Source: Candidatus Uhrbacteria bacterium
GTDB lineage: Bacteria > Patescibacteriota > Patescibacteriia > UBA9934 > GWF2-40-263
Assembly: GCA_037131775.1 (NCBI GenBank)
Contig: JBAXQK010000003.1
Coordinates: 76,439 to 140,438, forward strand
Direction of reading: 5' to 3'
Length of the DNA: 64,000 bases
The notes under the pieces were generated by a model. That model saw only the letters and a list, made by a program, of their open reading frames with translations. It was not told the DNA's origin and made no database searches. The translations under genes and the position numbers were made by a program. This document shows positions 19,887 through 29,822 of this stretch, piece by piece (the stretch's first letter is position 1; each line of letters starts with the position of its first letter).

Positions 19887-19931
19887 CGCGACGACCACCC
19901 CTGTCCCCTCCTGCCTATCAGGAGGGGGAAC
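19887..19931. repeat. GC-rich palindromic mini-element, copy 2 (opposite orientation)
   Basis: Matches the reverse complement of 35000-35043, with a compensatory C-G to G-C stem change. Confidence 0.8.
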
Positions 19932-19934
19932 GTT

Positions 19935-21050
19935 TTAGGGGGAGGACTCGGCCACCGTTACGTCGCTCTCGTCCGCCGCGACCTCGATCCAGGAGTTTCC
20001 CGCGTTCATCGCGATCTCCCTCCCGTCCTTGTCGTAGAACGCAAGTCGCTCGCTCGCGGACTGTTTCTTCCAGGTCGCGTCGATCGTCGCGCCGTCCTGG
20101 AGAACCCACGCCTTCCCTTCTCCCGTCGTGCGGATCTTGCGCCGTCCGACCGCGTCGAGGACCGACACGTCAGTGACGATCACCGCGACGTTATTCGCCG
20201 AGACGCGCGTGCCGTCCTGCGTGACAGTCTTGCGGCCGCCTTGGGCGCGGAGATAGGTATTCGTCGCGGTATCGTATGTCCACATTGCGACGTAGAGGTC
20301 GGAATTGAATCGGACGGAGATCGAGTTCTGCCAGACGGCGTCGGGCGCGGCGTCGGTCGACCCCGGCGTGACGAACGTCTTGGCGCCGTCCTTGAACTTC
20401 CACACCCCGTACAGCACGTCCGACGCCGTTCCCTTCTCCTCGGCCTTCGCAACCGCGGCCGCGAGCAGGTCCGTCGACGTGTAGGCATTGTGCGGCGCCG
20501 ATCTGTCGGCGGACCTCCAGAAGCTGTTGCCGTGGGAGAATTCGTTCAGGTCAAACGTTCCCGTCGAGCCGATGAGCGCGAGGGCGTCGTTGGAACCGCC
20601 GACGTGGGCGTAGAGCGCGTCGAACTCGCTGGCCCAGTCGACGAAGTACGGCCGGGCCGATCGGACGGGACCGATCTTGTCGACCTTGGCGTCGGCCGAG
20701 AAGAACGCCTCGAACCTCGGGATCGCGGCCTCGACCGGCGCCTCGATGACGAGGAAGGCTTTGTCGATGCCGCTCTGGGGCCAGGCATCGACGGAATTAT
20801 CGATCATGACGGCGTAAACGCGAGGGAGAATGTCGACGGGCTCGACGATCGGGAGACCGGTGAGGACGTCCCGGAATGTCGGTTCGGACGGGGCGATGAC
20901 CTCACCCTGTCCCTCTCCTTTTGAAGGAGAGGGGAGCTCGGCGAGCGGGGTGACGTGCCAACGCCATGCGATGAAAACAAACGCAAGCGCCAGAATGATG
21001 GCGCCTGCGATTGCGTGCTTGCGGGTGAATTTACTTTTTGGCCGGGGCAT
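19935..21050 (-). CDS. DUF3048-family membrane-anchored protein (start uncertain)
   Basis: AVMIDN, PQSGI, IGPVRSARPYF, HVGGS, RSAPHNAY. Confidence 0.85.
   Translation of the reverse strand: MPRPKSKFTRKHAIAGAIILALAFVFIAWRWHVTPLAELPSPSKGEGQGEVIAPSEPTFRDVLTGLPIVEPVDILPRVYAVMIDNSVDAWPQSGIDKAFLVIEAPVEAAIPRFEAFFSADAKVDKIGPVRSARPYFVDWASEFDALYAHVGGSNDALALIGSTGTFDLNEFSHGNSFWRSADRSAPHNAYTSTDLLAAAVAKAEEKGTASDVLYGVWKFKDGAKTFVTPGSTDAAPDAVWQNSISVRFNSDLYVAMWTYDTATNTYLRAQGGRKTVTQDGTRVSANNVAVIVTDVSVLDAVGRRKIRTTGEGKAWVLQDGATIDATWKKQSASERLAFYDKDGREIAMNAGNSWIEVAADESDVTVAESSP
20898..20936. repeat. Palindromic mini-element, divergent copy, in frame in the DUF3048 gene
   Basis: CCCTCTCCTT-TTG-AAGGAGAGGG; encodes LPSPSKGEGQGEV. 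Confidence 0.65.
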
Positions 21051-21723
21051 CTTTCTTGGCATCCTTTCCTTCCGCGTCATCGCCGGCCTTCTTGGCCTTC
21101 TCAACCTTCTCGATGGCCGTGACGTCGACAACGACCTTCTTCGTCAGCTCGTCCATCTCGGCGTCGGAACGCGGGGCGGCCACGAGGGCGACCACGGCGT
21201 TCTCGTCCTCGAGAACCTCGACGGCCTTGGAGATGTTCAGGTCCTTCACCTTGATGACGTCGTCGAACGTGGCGAGCGCGGAGATGTCCACCTCGATGAA
21301 CGAGAGGAGATCGCCCGGGAGCGCCTTGATGCGCACCTCGTCCATCGGCTTCACGAGCGTACCGCCCAGGCCCTTGACGGCCGGCGACTCGCCCAGGAAG
21401 TGAAGCTTTACCTCGGCCTCGATCTTCTTCGTCATGTCGACGGCGCGGAAGTCCACGTGCGTGAACTCGTCGCGGAGCGGATCGGTCTGCGTGGCCTGGA
21501 TCAGCACGTGCAGGTCCTTGGCGCCATCGACGGAAAGCTCGACGATCGTCGATTCTCCGGCGCTCTTGAGCACCTTGGCGAACTCATTGTGCACCACCTG
21601 GATGTTGAGCGGCTCCATGCCGGCGCCGTAAACGACGGCCGGAATGACGCCCTCGTTGCGGATGTGGTAGTTCTTGCGACCCATGTGGACGCGCTTCTGT
21701 GCCGAAAGGATTGTTTTATCCAT
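21031..21723 (-). CDS. rplY: 50S ribosomal protein L25 / Ctc
   Basis: GVIPAVVYG, HVDF, GESPAVK..GG. Confidence 0.95.
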   Translation of the reverse strand: MDKTILSAQKRVHMGRKNYHIRNEGVIPAVVYGAGMEPLNIQVVHNEFAKVLKSAGESTIVELSVDGAKDLHVLIQATQTDPLRDEFTHVDFRAVDMTKKIEAEVKLHFLGESPAVKGLGGTLVKPMDEVRIKALPGDLLSFIEVDISALATFDDVIKVKDLNISKAVEVLEDENAVVALVAAPRSDAEMDELTKKVVVDVTAIEKVEKAKKAGDDAEGKDAKKDAPAKK

Positions 21724-21774
21724 ACAAAATACAGGCGAATAACGCCCGTATTGTGCTTGAAAGGCCAATTATTG

Positions 21775-22164
21775 TCAAGGACGAACGGATCGGCGGGCTT
21801 TGACGGAGACCTTTGCGTGCGTTCGGCGCTTCCGAAGAGGGACCGAGAAAAGGTCTGTCAGGGCCGTTCCGAGCGCTTTGTGGACGTCGATCACGTCGTC
21901 GGTACTCACGCGACGGCTCCGGTGCAGCCGCATCACGTCATCGTGCGTGAGATCCGTCACCATCCCCACGGAACTGGCTCCTGAAGGATTCTCCAAAATC
22001 AACGAGAGCGTGGCTCCGCCGCACTTCTTGCAGGTGACGTGAATGAGCCGGGTCTCCCCTTCCTCGGCCAGCAGCCGCGCGTTGCCGTTGGCATACCGGG
22101 TCTCGCACAGCGGGCAGTAGGACACGAGGCGGAGGGAATCATGGTTGAGAGGCGAGGGTTTCAT
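21775..22164 (-). CDS. Zn-ribbon hypothetical protein
   Basis: CPLC...HVTCKKC, GMVTDLT, DDVIDVH. Confidence 0.7.
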   Translation of the reverse strand: MKPSPLNHDSLRLVSYCPLCETRYANGNARLLAEEGETRLIHVTCKKCGGATLSLILENPSGASSVGMVTDLTHDDVMRLHRSRRVSTDDVIDVHKALGTALTDLFSVPLRKRRTHAKVSVKARRSVRP

Positions 22165-22213
22165 ATGGGTAACATTAGCACGAGATGAGGCAAAAGGTAA
22201 AATAACCATTTGC

Positions 22214-23320
22214 CTATCCATTCCCACGCTCCCGCATCGCCACGCTTTCGACGATTCCGAGCATGAGAAGCGTGAAGACGAGCGACGATCCGCCATAGCT
22301 GACAAGCGGCAGGGCCACGCCCGTAACCGGCAGAACCCCCAGGTTCATGCCCGCGTTGATAAAGAACTGCACGAACAGGACGGCGCCGATGCCAATGAGG
22401 AGAAATCCGGTGAAATCATCGTTCGTCTTCTTCGCGATGCGCCAGACGCGGAAGAATAGGACGAGGAACGCCCCAAGAAGAAGCGCGACGCCAAAAAAGC
22501 CGAGCTCCTCCGCGATCACGGAGAAGATGAAGTCCGTCTGGCTTTCTGGGAGGAACTTCAGCTGGCTCTGCGATCCGAACCCGAGTCCGCTTCCGAACCA
22601 ACCCCCGGCTCCGACCGCGATCATGGCCTGGGCCACGTTGTACCCCTGTCCGAGCGGATCGGCAGTCGGGTCGGCGAACGTAAGAATGCGGTCCTTCTGA
22701 TATGGCGCAAGCAGGAACTGCCAGGCGACCGCGCCGACGATCGCCGCGACGACCGCGAGCGCGACGAGCTGACGTCTCTTGATTCCCGCGAACAGAACGA
22801 GGATTCCCCACATGCCCATGAGCAGCACTGCCGAGCCAAGGTCCGGCTGAAGGAGGACGAGGCCTACAGGAACCGCGGTAAGCGCTCCGCTCTCGATGAG
22901 TTCCCGCCATCCGAACTCGAGGCGCGCGCGGCGGCTGAAGTACGCCGCCAGCGCGACGGCGAGGGCTAGCTTCATGAACTCGACCGGCTGGAAGCTGAAA
23001 CCCGCGACCGCGTACCAGCCCTTGGTTCCGTTGACGGTCGCGCCGAAAACGAGCACGCCGCCGAGCAGGGACAGGCCCGCGGCGTACAGCACGGTCGCGT
23101 AGTTACGCAGGAGATGATAGTTGGAACAGGCGATCAGCAAAAAGAGCGTCGCGCCGATAACGGCCGATGCTCCCTGCTTCTGGATGTTCAGGAAGTCCGT
23201 CGTCCCGTGCGAAAGCTCCACCGAATAGATGGCGGCCAGCCCGAACGAGACGAGCGTAAACGCCGCGAGGATGAGAATCCAGTCGGCGGAACGAAGTTGT
23301 CGAAAAAAATCGAGGCGCAT
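22214..23320 (-). CDS. rodA: Rod shape-determining SEDS protein RodA
   Basis: FQPVEFMK, QPDLGS, GYNVAQAMIAVGAGG, LPESQTDFIF, LPLVSYGGSS. Confidence 0.92.
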   Translation of the reverse strand: MRLDFFRQLRSADWILILAAFTLVSFGLAAIYSVELSHGTTDFLNIQKQGASAVIGATLFLLIACSNYHLLRNYATVLYAAGLSLLGGVLVFGATVNGTKGWYAVAGFSFQPVEFMKLALAVALAAYFSRRARLEFGWRELIESGALTAVPVGLVLLQPDLGSAVLLMGMWGILVLFAGIKRRQLVALAVVAAIVGAVAWQFLLAPYQKDRILTFADPTADPLGQGYNVAQAMIAVGAGGWFGSGLGFGSQSQLKFLPESQTDFIFSVIAEELGFFGVALLLGAFLVLFFRVWRIAKKTNDDFTGFLLIGIGAVLFVQFFINAGMNLGVLPVTGVALPLVSYGGSSLVFTLLMLGIVESVAMRERGNG

Positions 23321-23325
23321 GTGGA

Positions 23326-23398
23326 GGATTGTAGGATAGTAGGAATGTAGCGCAGTAGGGGAAAAAACGCTACTTACCTACCGCCCTACCATCCTACC
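23326..23398. repeat. Inverted arrays of degenerate 8-mers
   Basis: GGATTGTA GGATAGTA GGAATGTA GCGCAGTA ... TACTTACC TACCGCCC TACCATCC TACC. Confidence 0.65.
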
Positions 23399-24317
23399 TC
23401 CTCAGCTGAACCCGCGTTCGCGTGTCCTCGGTCGTTTCCCCGGCCAGCGCCTTGTACGACGCCATGTCAAACGGATTGACCTCCGTGATCACCTGCACCT
23501 TGTTCGCACTCGGGATCGGCCCGAACCAGTTGACGGTCACGTCCTGCGACTCCCCGGCGTCGATCGAGGAGAGCGTCGTCCCGGTCACCCCGACGATGGT
23601 CGGCCCGCGCATGAGCAGGATGGTGAGCGTCGGGTCGTAGTAACCGTAGGCAGTCGCGTTCCGAACCGTAAACGAGATCCGACCCACCGGCTTCTTGTCG
23701 ATCTCAATCGACGCGAACGCGGCGTTCGTTACCTCGAACCCCACGCGGTTCGCGATCCAGTCCGAAGGCTCGCCGGTCTCATGATGGTCGATGTGATGCC
23801 ACGCGACGTTTGAGAGCGCCAACGACAAGCTGCGCGGCGGCGTCGCGGACGCAACCGCGTACGCGGCCAGCGACTTGTCCGAGTTCGGCAGTACGTACCC
23901 CTTCGCCTCCGCGGTCGCCCCGGCGGTCGACTCAAAGACATACGTGTACTCCGCCCACCAGTCCCGGTTCGGATTCGTAATCGTCGCATACAGATCGTAC
24001 TTCCCTTCCGAGGAGATCGTCGCGATCGGCGTGACGGCCTTCAGATTCTTCGCCGCCCGTGCCGTCGCGTACCCATGCAGGTCGCTCTGGCCGTAAGAAG
24101 CCATCTCAAGCACGGATCGCGTCTCGTCTGCGTATCGCACAAGGTACGCGTCTACGAACGCCCATCCCGCAAACGCAACGAACAGCGCGTCCACCAAGAC
24201 GAACGCGACAATCCCCGCCCGCCGCAACCCGTCGCGGTGCTCGATCCACCATTTCGACTTCTTATACTGCTTCTGATAATCCTTCTCCGCCTCCAGAAGA
24301 ACGTTCTCTGTCTCCAT
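23394..24317 (-). CDS. Single-pass membrane protein with beta-rich extracellular domain
   Basis: One TM helix, YDLYATITNPN, FTVRNAT. Confidence 0.75.
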   Translation of the reverse strand: METENVLLEAEKDYQKQYKKSKWWIEHRDGLRRAGIVAFVLVDALFVAFAGWAFVDAYLVRYADETRSVLEMASYGQSDLHGYATARAAKNLKAVTPIATISSEGKYDLYATITNPNRDWWAEYTYVFESTAGATAEAKGYVLPNSDKSLAAYAVASATPPRSLSLALSNVAWHHIDHHETGEPSDWIANRVGFEVTNAAFASIEIDKKPVGRISFTVRNATAYGYYDPTLTILLMRGPTIVGVTGTTLSSIDAGESQDVTVNWFGPIPSANKVQVITEVNPFDMASYKALAGETTEDTRTRVQLRR

Positions 24318-24460
24318 ACGAGGGACAGTATACCAGATCCCATTGACGAACGCCCGATTTTCTGCTTGAATGCCAGCTCCGAGCCATCCCGGCACGGAGA
24401 TCAGGCAACTGCCGCCAGCGGGGTAGAACCCAAGGCGGCTCCCGTAGAACGGAGTACGAG

Positions 24461-25423
24461 ATGGAAAGACGGCTCTTCGACAAGCCCATGAGCGAGCTAC
24501 GCGAGGCATTCGTCCGCGCGCGGTTCGCGGAACCCAAGATGTTCGGCAGCCCTGACGTCGAGTCGACGTCTATCTGGGTCAACGCCCCGGCCTTCCACGC
24601 ATGGCTCAAGGCGAACTGGAACGGCAACGATGTTGTTGATGGATACGCGGCGGTTCTCGAACGCGTGGCGACGCGTGCATCCCGAGACGAAGTTCTCCGC
24701 TCGCTTCCAGATATGAAGTGCCTCGAAACGGCTCGCACCCTTCTCGGCAGCCTGGACGCCGACACGTCGCTCTATCACAGTCCTTTCTCGAAAACGGTCG
24801 TTCTCGTTCGCGACCATACCGTCCTCACGCTGTCACCAAATACACCGGAAGAGATCGACATCAGCGTCCGTCCTGCCAGCGTCTTCGACGTTTGTTGGGT
24901 CGTATCCACTGAGAGGTTACACGGCAGACCGAAAGCTGAAGCCGCGCTCGCCTGGCTCAGGCAGCAGTATGCTGCCGCGATCCTGTCCGTCCGCGAGTCC
25001 GCCGAGCGCGACTTCGACGAGGCGGTCGCGGTCAGCGCCTACGGGACGAAGATCGTGAAGGCGAAGTGGGTGATCGCCGTACACGTCGAGCGCAACGGCG
25101 TGGCGTGGCTCTTCCCCGCTTCCGCGTTCCGCGAGAACAAGGTTCGGCTCCGCCAAGACGTCGAATTCGATCGACAGAACGTTCGGCAGCTCAACCACTT
25201 CGACCCCAAGCAGTTCCAGGCGTACATGACGAAAGACCCAACCAAGTCGTTCCTCGAGGACGCTCGACACACGCTCCTTCGCGCCATGTTCGAAAGGAAA
25301 TCGTACGCGCAGCGCCTGATCACGATCGATGACCGCGTCATCAAGGACTTTGGAAGCGTCCTCGTCGCGAACGTCACTGACTGCCCCTCCCCGCTCCCCT
25401 CCGGCAGCCGTATTCCCAGCTGA
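24461..25423 (+). CDS. Hypothetical protein (orphan)
   Basis: 320-aa ORF, GGAG SD, own terminator at 25433-25460. Confidence 0.65.
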   Translation: MERRLFDKPMSELREAFVRARFAEPKMFGSPDVESTSIWVNAPAFHAWLKANWNGNDVVDGYAAVLERVATRASRDEVLRSLPDMKCLETARTLLGSLDADTSLYHSPFSKTVVLVRDHTVLTLSPNTPEEIDISVRPASVFDVCWVVSTERLHGRPKAEAALAWLRQQYAAAILSVRESAERDFDEAVAVSAYGTKIVKAKWVIAVHVERNGVAWLFPASAFRENKVRLRQDVEFDRQNVRQLNHFDPKQFQAYMTKDPTKSFLEDARHTLLRAMFERKSYAQRLITIDDRVIKDFGSVLVANVTDCPSPLPSGSRIPS

Positions 25424-25538
25424 CCGTAGACAACCGCCACCCTGGCGGTTTTTTCATTTTCCATCCCTTCCCTTGACCCGATTCCGTTGAACGGGAACGC
25501 CAACCATGATACTATTTCTTCGAAATTTCCTCCCCATT

Positions 25539-27590
25539 ATGGCTGACAAAAAACCGCAGAAGACCGGAGAATACTCCGCGAATCAGATCCAGGTCCTCGA
25601 AGGACTCGATCCTGTCCGCAAGCGCCCTGGCATGTACATCGGCTCGACTGGTCCCGCCGGTCTTCACCACCTCGTGTGGGAAGTCGTCGACAACTCGGTC
25701 GACGAGGCGATGGCCGGGCATGGGAACGAGATCGTCACGACGTTGAACGACGACGGGACCGTCTCGGTCACGGACTTTGGGCGTGGCATTCCGGTGGACA
25801 TGCATCCGCAGTTCAAAGTGTCCGCGCTCGAGCTCGTGCTCACGAAGCTGCATGCCGGCGGAAAGTTCGGCGGCGGCGGATACAAGGTCTCCGGAGGTCT
25901 GCACGGCGTCGGCGTCTCGGTCGTGAACGCGCTTTCGAGCTACGTCCGCGCCGAGGTGAAGCGCGACGGAAAGCTGTGGATGCAGGAGTACGCGTTTGGA
26001 AAGCCGCAGGCGAAGGTGAAGGAAATCGGCAATGCGCGCGGAACCGGGACGACGATCACGTTCAAGCCGGACCCGACCATCTTCGAGACGGTCGAGTTCG
26101 ACCTCCAGACGATCCTCGACCACCTGCGCCAGCACGCGTACCTCACGAAGGGCGTGAAGTTCGTGATCATCGACAACCGCGTGAAGTCCGCCACGTCGGG
26201 ATACGGCTTCTACTTCGAGGGCGGCGTCGCCTCGTTCGTGCGCCACATCAACCACGGCAAGTCCGTGAAGAACACCAACGTCTTCTACGTCTCGAAGCAC
26301 GACGACGCGGCCGACATGGACGTCGAGGTCGCGCTCCAGTACACCGACGAGTACCACGAGTCCGTGTTCTGCTTCGCCAACAACATCACCAACCCGGAGG
26401 GAGGCTCCCACCTGGTGGGCTTCCGCGCCGCGCTCACCCGCGAGCTGAACAACTACGCCCGCGCCAAGGGTTTCCTACGCGAGAAGGACGCGAACCTCAC
26501 GGGCGAGGACGTGCGCGAGGGATGCACCACGGTCATCAGCGTGAAGATCAAGGATCCGCAGTTCGAGGGACAGACCAAGGCCAAGCTCGGCAACCCCGAG
26601 GCGCGCACGGCCGTCGAGGCGATCTTCGGCGAGGCGTTCAAGGTGTTCCTCGAGGAGCACCCGCGCGACGGCGAGGCGATCATCGGCAAGTGCGTCCTCG
26701 CCTCGCAGGCCCGCGCCGCGGCACGCGCGGCACGCGACACCGTGTTGCGAAAGGGCGCGTTCGAGGGGCTGACGCTCCCGGGCAAGCTCAGCGACTGCTC
26801 AAGCAAGGATCCGTCCATCTCGGAGCTGTACCTCGTGGAGGGAGACTCCGCAGGAGGCAGCGCCAAGCAGGGACGCAACCGCGAGAACCAGGCGATCCTT
26901 CCGCTGCGCGGAAAGATCCTCAACGTGGAGCGCGCGCGGCTCGACAAGATGCTCGCGAACAACGAGATCAAGTCGCTCGTGATCGCGCTCGGCACCAACA
27001 TCGGCGAGATGTTCAACATCGCCGACCTGCGCTACGACCGCGTCATCATCATGACCGACGCCGACGTCGATGGCGCCCACATCCGCACGCTGCTGTTGAC
27101 GCTCTTCTACCGCTACTTCCCCGAGCTCATCAAGCAGAACCACATCTACATCGCCCAGCCGCCGCTGTTCCGCATCGCGGTTGGAAAGGAATTCAAGTAC
27201 GTCTTTACCGAGGAAGAAAAGCAGGCGGCGATCGACGAGCTGACGAAGGGACGAGGGATGGCGGGAGCCGTCGAGTCCAAGTCCTCCGCGAAGGCAGCCA
27301 AGGTGGAACCGACGCCGGAGGAGGCCGAGGAAAGCCCAGACGGCGCGCAGGCGCTCATCGTGGGTGGCATGAAGGTGAATGTCCAGCGCTATAAGGGTCT
27401 CGGTGAGATGAACCCGGAACAGCTCTGGGAGACGACGATGGACCCGGTCACCCGCGTCATGAAGCTCGTCACCATCGAGGACGCCGAAAAGGCCGACAAC
27501 GTCTTCGACGTATTGATGGGCGAGGACGTGGCCGCGAGAAAGCACTTCATCCAGACGCACGCGAAGAGCGTGCAGAACCTCGATATCTAG
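25539..27590 (+). CDS. gyrB: DNA gyrase subunit B
   Basis: VRKRPGMYIG, LHAGGKF, VEGDSAGG, PLRGKILN, MTDADVDG, QRYKGLGEM. Confidence 0.97.
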   Translation: MADKKPQKTGEYSANQIQVLEGLDPVRKRPGMYIGSTGPAGLHHLVWEVVDNSVDEAMAGHGNEIVTTLNDDGTVSVTDFGRGIPVDMHPQFKVSALELVLTKLHAGGKFGGGGYKVSGGLHGVGVSVVNALSSYVRAEVKRDGKLWMQEYAFGKPQAKVKEIGNARGTGTTITFKPDPTIFETVEFDLQTILDHLRQHAYLTKGVKFVIIDNRVKSATSGYGFYFEGGVASFVRHINHGKSVKNTNVFYVSKHDDAADMDVEVALQYTDEYHESVFCFANNITNPEGGSHLVGFRAALTRELNNYARAKGFLREKDANLTGEDVREGCTTVISVKIKDPQFEGQTKAKLGNPEARTAVEAIFGEAFKVFLEEHPRDGEAIIGKCVLASQARAAARAARDTVLRKGAFEGLTLPGKLSDCSSKDPSISELYLVEGDSAGGSAKQGRNRENQAILPLRGKILNVERARLDKMLANNEIKSLVIALGTNIGEMFNIADLRYDRVIIMTDADVDGAHIRTLLLTLFYRYFPELIKQNHIYIAQPPLFRIAVGKEFKYVFTEEEKQAAIDELTKGRGMAGAVESKSSAKAAKVEPTPEEAEESPDGAQALIVGGMKVNVQRYKGLGEMNPEQLWETTMDPVTRVMKLVTIEDAEKADNVFDVLMGEDVAARKHFIQTHAKSVQNLDI

Positions 27591-27659
27591 AGAAAAATGT
27601 GAGACGAGCCTTGACGAAGGCTCGTTTTTCATGTAGAAACGTTCGCAGGAGAGTATCAC

Positions 27660-28253
27660 ATGGATGAAACGTCGAAATCACCAGTGGACACCCGCATCAA
27701 GCGAAAGCGGAATGCGAGCGAACGCAGGGCGTTCGTCGCCGGCGTCGGACGCAAGTTGCGATTCGTCGTCCTCGTGCACCTGCCACTGGACATGGACGAG
27801 GACCATGCGAGCAGGATGACCGGCGACGTCATCGAAAAGGAGAACGTTCGGGCCGGCAACTGCAAGAAGCAACCGTTGTCCGGAACGTTCATCGTAGGCC
27901 CACGGAGCGAGGTGACCTTCGACGGCCCCACGAGGGACTCGTCGCGGGACCTGGTCGTGGAGTTCACCGGCGACGTCCTCGTCAGGAAGACGGACCGCCA
28001 TATCCGCAACCCCCTCGAGGTAGAGCTCGACCGAGACGTGTTCGTTCAGCTGCGGGACCTGTTGATGCTGCTTACCCGTAAGTTTGGCATCGTGAACGGC
28101 GGCGGAGAAATTTCGCTCGGCGACTTCAAGACGAACATCACGCTGACGAACGGCAGGCTGACGAGCGAGAACGACCCGATCGTCGAGGTCAACCCGAAGG
28201 ACGTCGTCACCGTCGCCGTCACGGGCGATCCACCGTTCAGGGAGTTCAACTAG
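27660..28253 (+). CDS. Hypothetical protein (orphan)
   Basis: AGGAG SD, TTGACG-type promoter, terminator at 28252-28276. Confidence 0.65.
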   Translation: MDETSKSPVDTRIKRKRNASERRAFVAGVGRKLRFVVLVHLPLDMDEDHASRMTGDVIEKENVRAGNCKKQPLSGTFIVGPRSEVTFDGPTRDSSRDLVVEFTGDVLVRKTDRHIRNPLEVELDRDVFVQLRDLLMLLTRKFGIVNGGGEISLGDFKTNITLTNGRLTSENDPIVEVNPKDVVTVAVTGDPPFREFN

Positions 28254-28304
28254 GCCGCGCTCCGGCCTCTTTTTTTATCCCATTTTCCCCCGTCCCCACT
28301 GCCT

Positions 28305-28333
28305 TTGACACGAATCCCCTCTTCCTGTATAGT
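28305..28333 (+). promoter_or_regulatory. Sigma70 promoter of secE-nusG-rplK
   Basis: TTGACA-N17-TATAGT. Confidence 0.75.
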
Positions 28334-28376
28334 ATCCTCGAAAGGCCCGCAAGGGCTTCTTAAAATAGCGCACCGT

Positions 28377-28583
28377 ATGACGAAGCCCCTCAAACTTGCC
28401 GTGCAGTACATTCGCGAATCCAAGGAAGAGCTGGAGAAGGTCACCTGGCCGACGCGCCAGCAGACGCTTCGCTATTCCATCCTGGTGGTCGTGGTCGCCG
28501 TCGGCATGGGTCTCTTCTTCGCCGGACTCGACGCCGCTCTCAACCTGGGCCTCGAGAAACTGATCGGACTTACGACCAAGTAA
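28377..28583 (+). CDS. secE: Preprotein translocase SecE
   Basis: ELEKVTWPTR plus one TM helix; upstream of nusG. Confidence 0.95.
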   Translation: MTKPLKLAVQYIRESKEELEKVTWPTRQQTLRYSILVVVVAVGMGLFFAGLDAALNLGLEKLIGLTTK

Positions 28584-28596
28584 CGTTCTTTCCACT

Positions 28597-29142
28597 ATGC
28601 CAAAGCAAACAGCCAACTACGGCCGCCGCTGGTACGCGATCCACACGTACTCCGGATACGAGGACAACGTCTCCGAGGCGCTTCACCAGCGCATCGAGAC
28701 GATGGACATGCACGAGAAGATCTTCGACGTGCTCGTGCCGAAGGAGAAGAAGATCAAGATCAAGAACGGCAAGCGCAAGACCACGGAGGAAAAGATCTTC
28801 CCGGGCTACGTGCTGGTGGAGATGATCGTGACGGACGACTCGTGGTACGTGGTGCGCAACACGCCGAACGTCACCGGGTTCATCGGAACGGGAACGGTCC
28901 CGACGCCGATCGCGCCCGAGGAGATCGAGGCGCTTCTGAAGCGGACCCGCGTCGGCGAGCCGGAAACCACGCTCGACGTGGAGAAGGGATCGATCGTGAA
29001 GATCAACGACGGCCCGTTCAAGAACTTCGAGGGAAAGGTGTCGGCCATCGACGAGCAGCGCGGCAAGATCAAGGTTCTCGTGAACATGTTCGGCCGCGAG
29101 ACTCCTGTCGAGCTGGACTTCTTGCAGGTGCAGAAGGTGTAG
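28597..29142 (+). CDS. nusG: Transcription termination/antitermination factor NusG
   Basis: WYAIHTYSGYE, FPGYVLVEM, FGRETPVEL. Confidence 0.98.
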   Translation: MPKQTANYGRRWYAIHTYSGYEDNVSEALHQRIETMDMHEKIFDVLVPKEKKIKIKNGKRKTTEEKIFPGYVLVEMIVTDDSWYVVRNTPNVTGFIGTGTVPTPIAPEEIEALLKRTRVGEPETTLDVEKGSIVKINDGPFKNFEGKVSAIDEQRGKIKVLVNMFGRETPVELDFLQVQKV

Positions 29143-29145
29143 GCC

Positions 29146-29234
29146 GTCACAGATTACGGATTATACGGATGTACGGATTAGATACTTGGCCGAGTGTCTG
29201 ATCCGTACATCCTTACCCATCCGTAATCCGTGAC
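29146..29234. repeat. Long imperfect inverted repeat built from TACGGAT-type units
   Basis: GTCACAGATTACGGAT...ATCCGTAATCCGTGAC; inner GGATGTACGGAT/ATCCGTACATCC. Confidence 0.75.
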
Positions 29235-29310
29235 ACAATTTCACTAACTAACATAGCAATGGTAGCCACCGGGCCACAAACCCCTTGGAATCCATTCAAA
29301 CAAAACTGCT

Positions 29311-29733
29311 ATGGCAAAGAAACTCATTACGCAGGTTAAGCTTCAGATCCCGGGTGCGGCTGCGACCCCGGCCCCGCCGGTCGGTCCGGCGCTCGGTCAG
29401 CACGGGCTGAACATCGCCAGCTTCGTGAAGCAGTTCAACGACGCGACGCAGAACCGCCGCGGAGAGACGGTTCCGGTCATCATCAACGTGTACGAGGACC
29501 GCAGCTTCGACTTCATCATGAAGGTGGCCCCGGCCTCCGGACTCATCGCGAAGGCCGCCGGCATCGCGAAGGGATCGGGCAAGCCGCTCACCGAGAAGGT
29601 CGGCAAGATCACGCAGGCCCAGCTCCGCGAAATCGCCGAGAAGAAGCTCCCGGACCTCAACACCTCGGACATCGACGCCGCCATGAAGATTATCGCCGGA
29701 ACGGCGCGCCAGATGGGAGTGGACATTGTCTAA
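29311..29733 (+). CDS. rplK: 50S ribosomal protein L11
   Basis: [24 protein letters not shown]. Confidence 0.98.
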   Translation: MAKKLITQVKLQIPGAAATPAPPVGPALGQHGLNIASFVKQFNDATQNRRGETVPVIINVYEDRSFDFIMKVAPASGLIAKAAGIAKGSGKPLTEKVGKITQAQLREIAEKKLPDLNTSDIDAAMKIIAGTARQMGVDIV

Positions 29734-29736
29734 ATT

Positions 29737-29818
29737 TAGGCAGAAGGCTGAAAGGCATTAGGCTTAAGGGTTTACAGCCCGGCGGACTTACGCCTTAAGC
29801 CTTAAGCCTTAAGCCTGA
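29737..29818. repeat. Inverted 7-mer arrays
   Basis: TAGGCAG AAGGCTG ... GCCTTAA x3 GCCTGAA. Confidence 0.7.
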
Positions 29819-29822
29819 ACAT

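Noticed and set aside
24395-24445. Twister or HDV-like ribozyme
   Set aside because: Only partial resemblance (CTGCC...CCCAAG); the required pseudoknot pairings were not found
27240-27370. Intein or mobile insertion in GyrB (DnaE also checked)
   Set aside because: The GyrB segment is a short low-complexity linker with no intein termini; DnaE is of normal length
28334-28376. tRNA-Trp, often found upstream of secE
   Set aside because: The gap is too short and holds only a small GCCC-GCAA-GGGC hairpin; no cloverleaf
29146-29818. CRISPR array
   Set aside because: Repeats are 7-9-nt degenerate units without unique spacers; no cas genes
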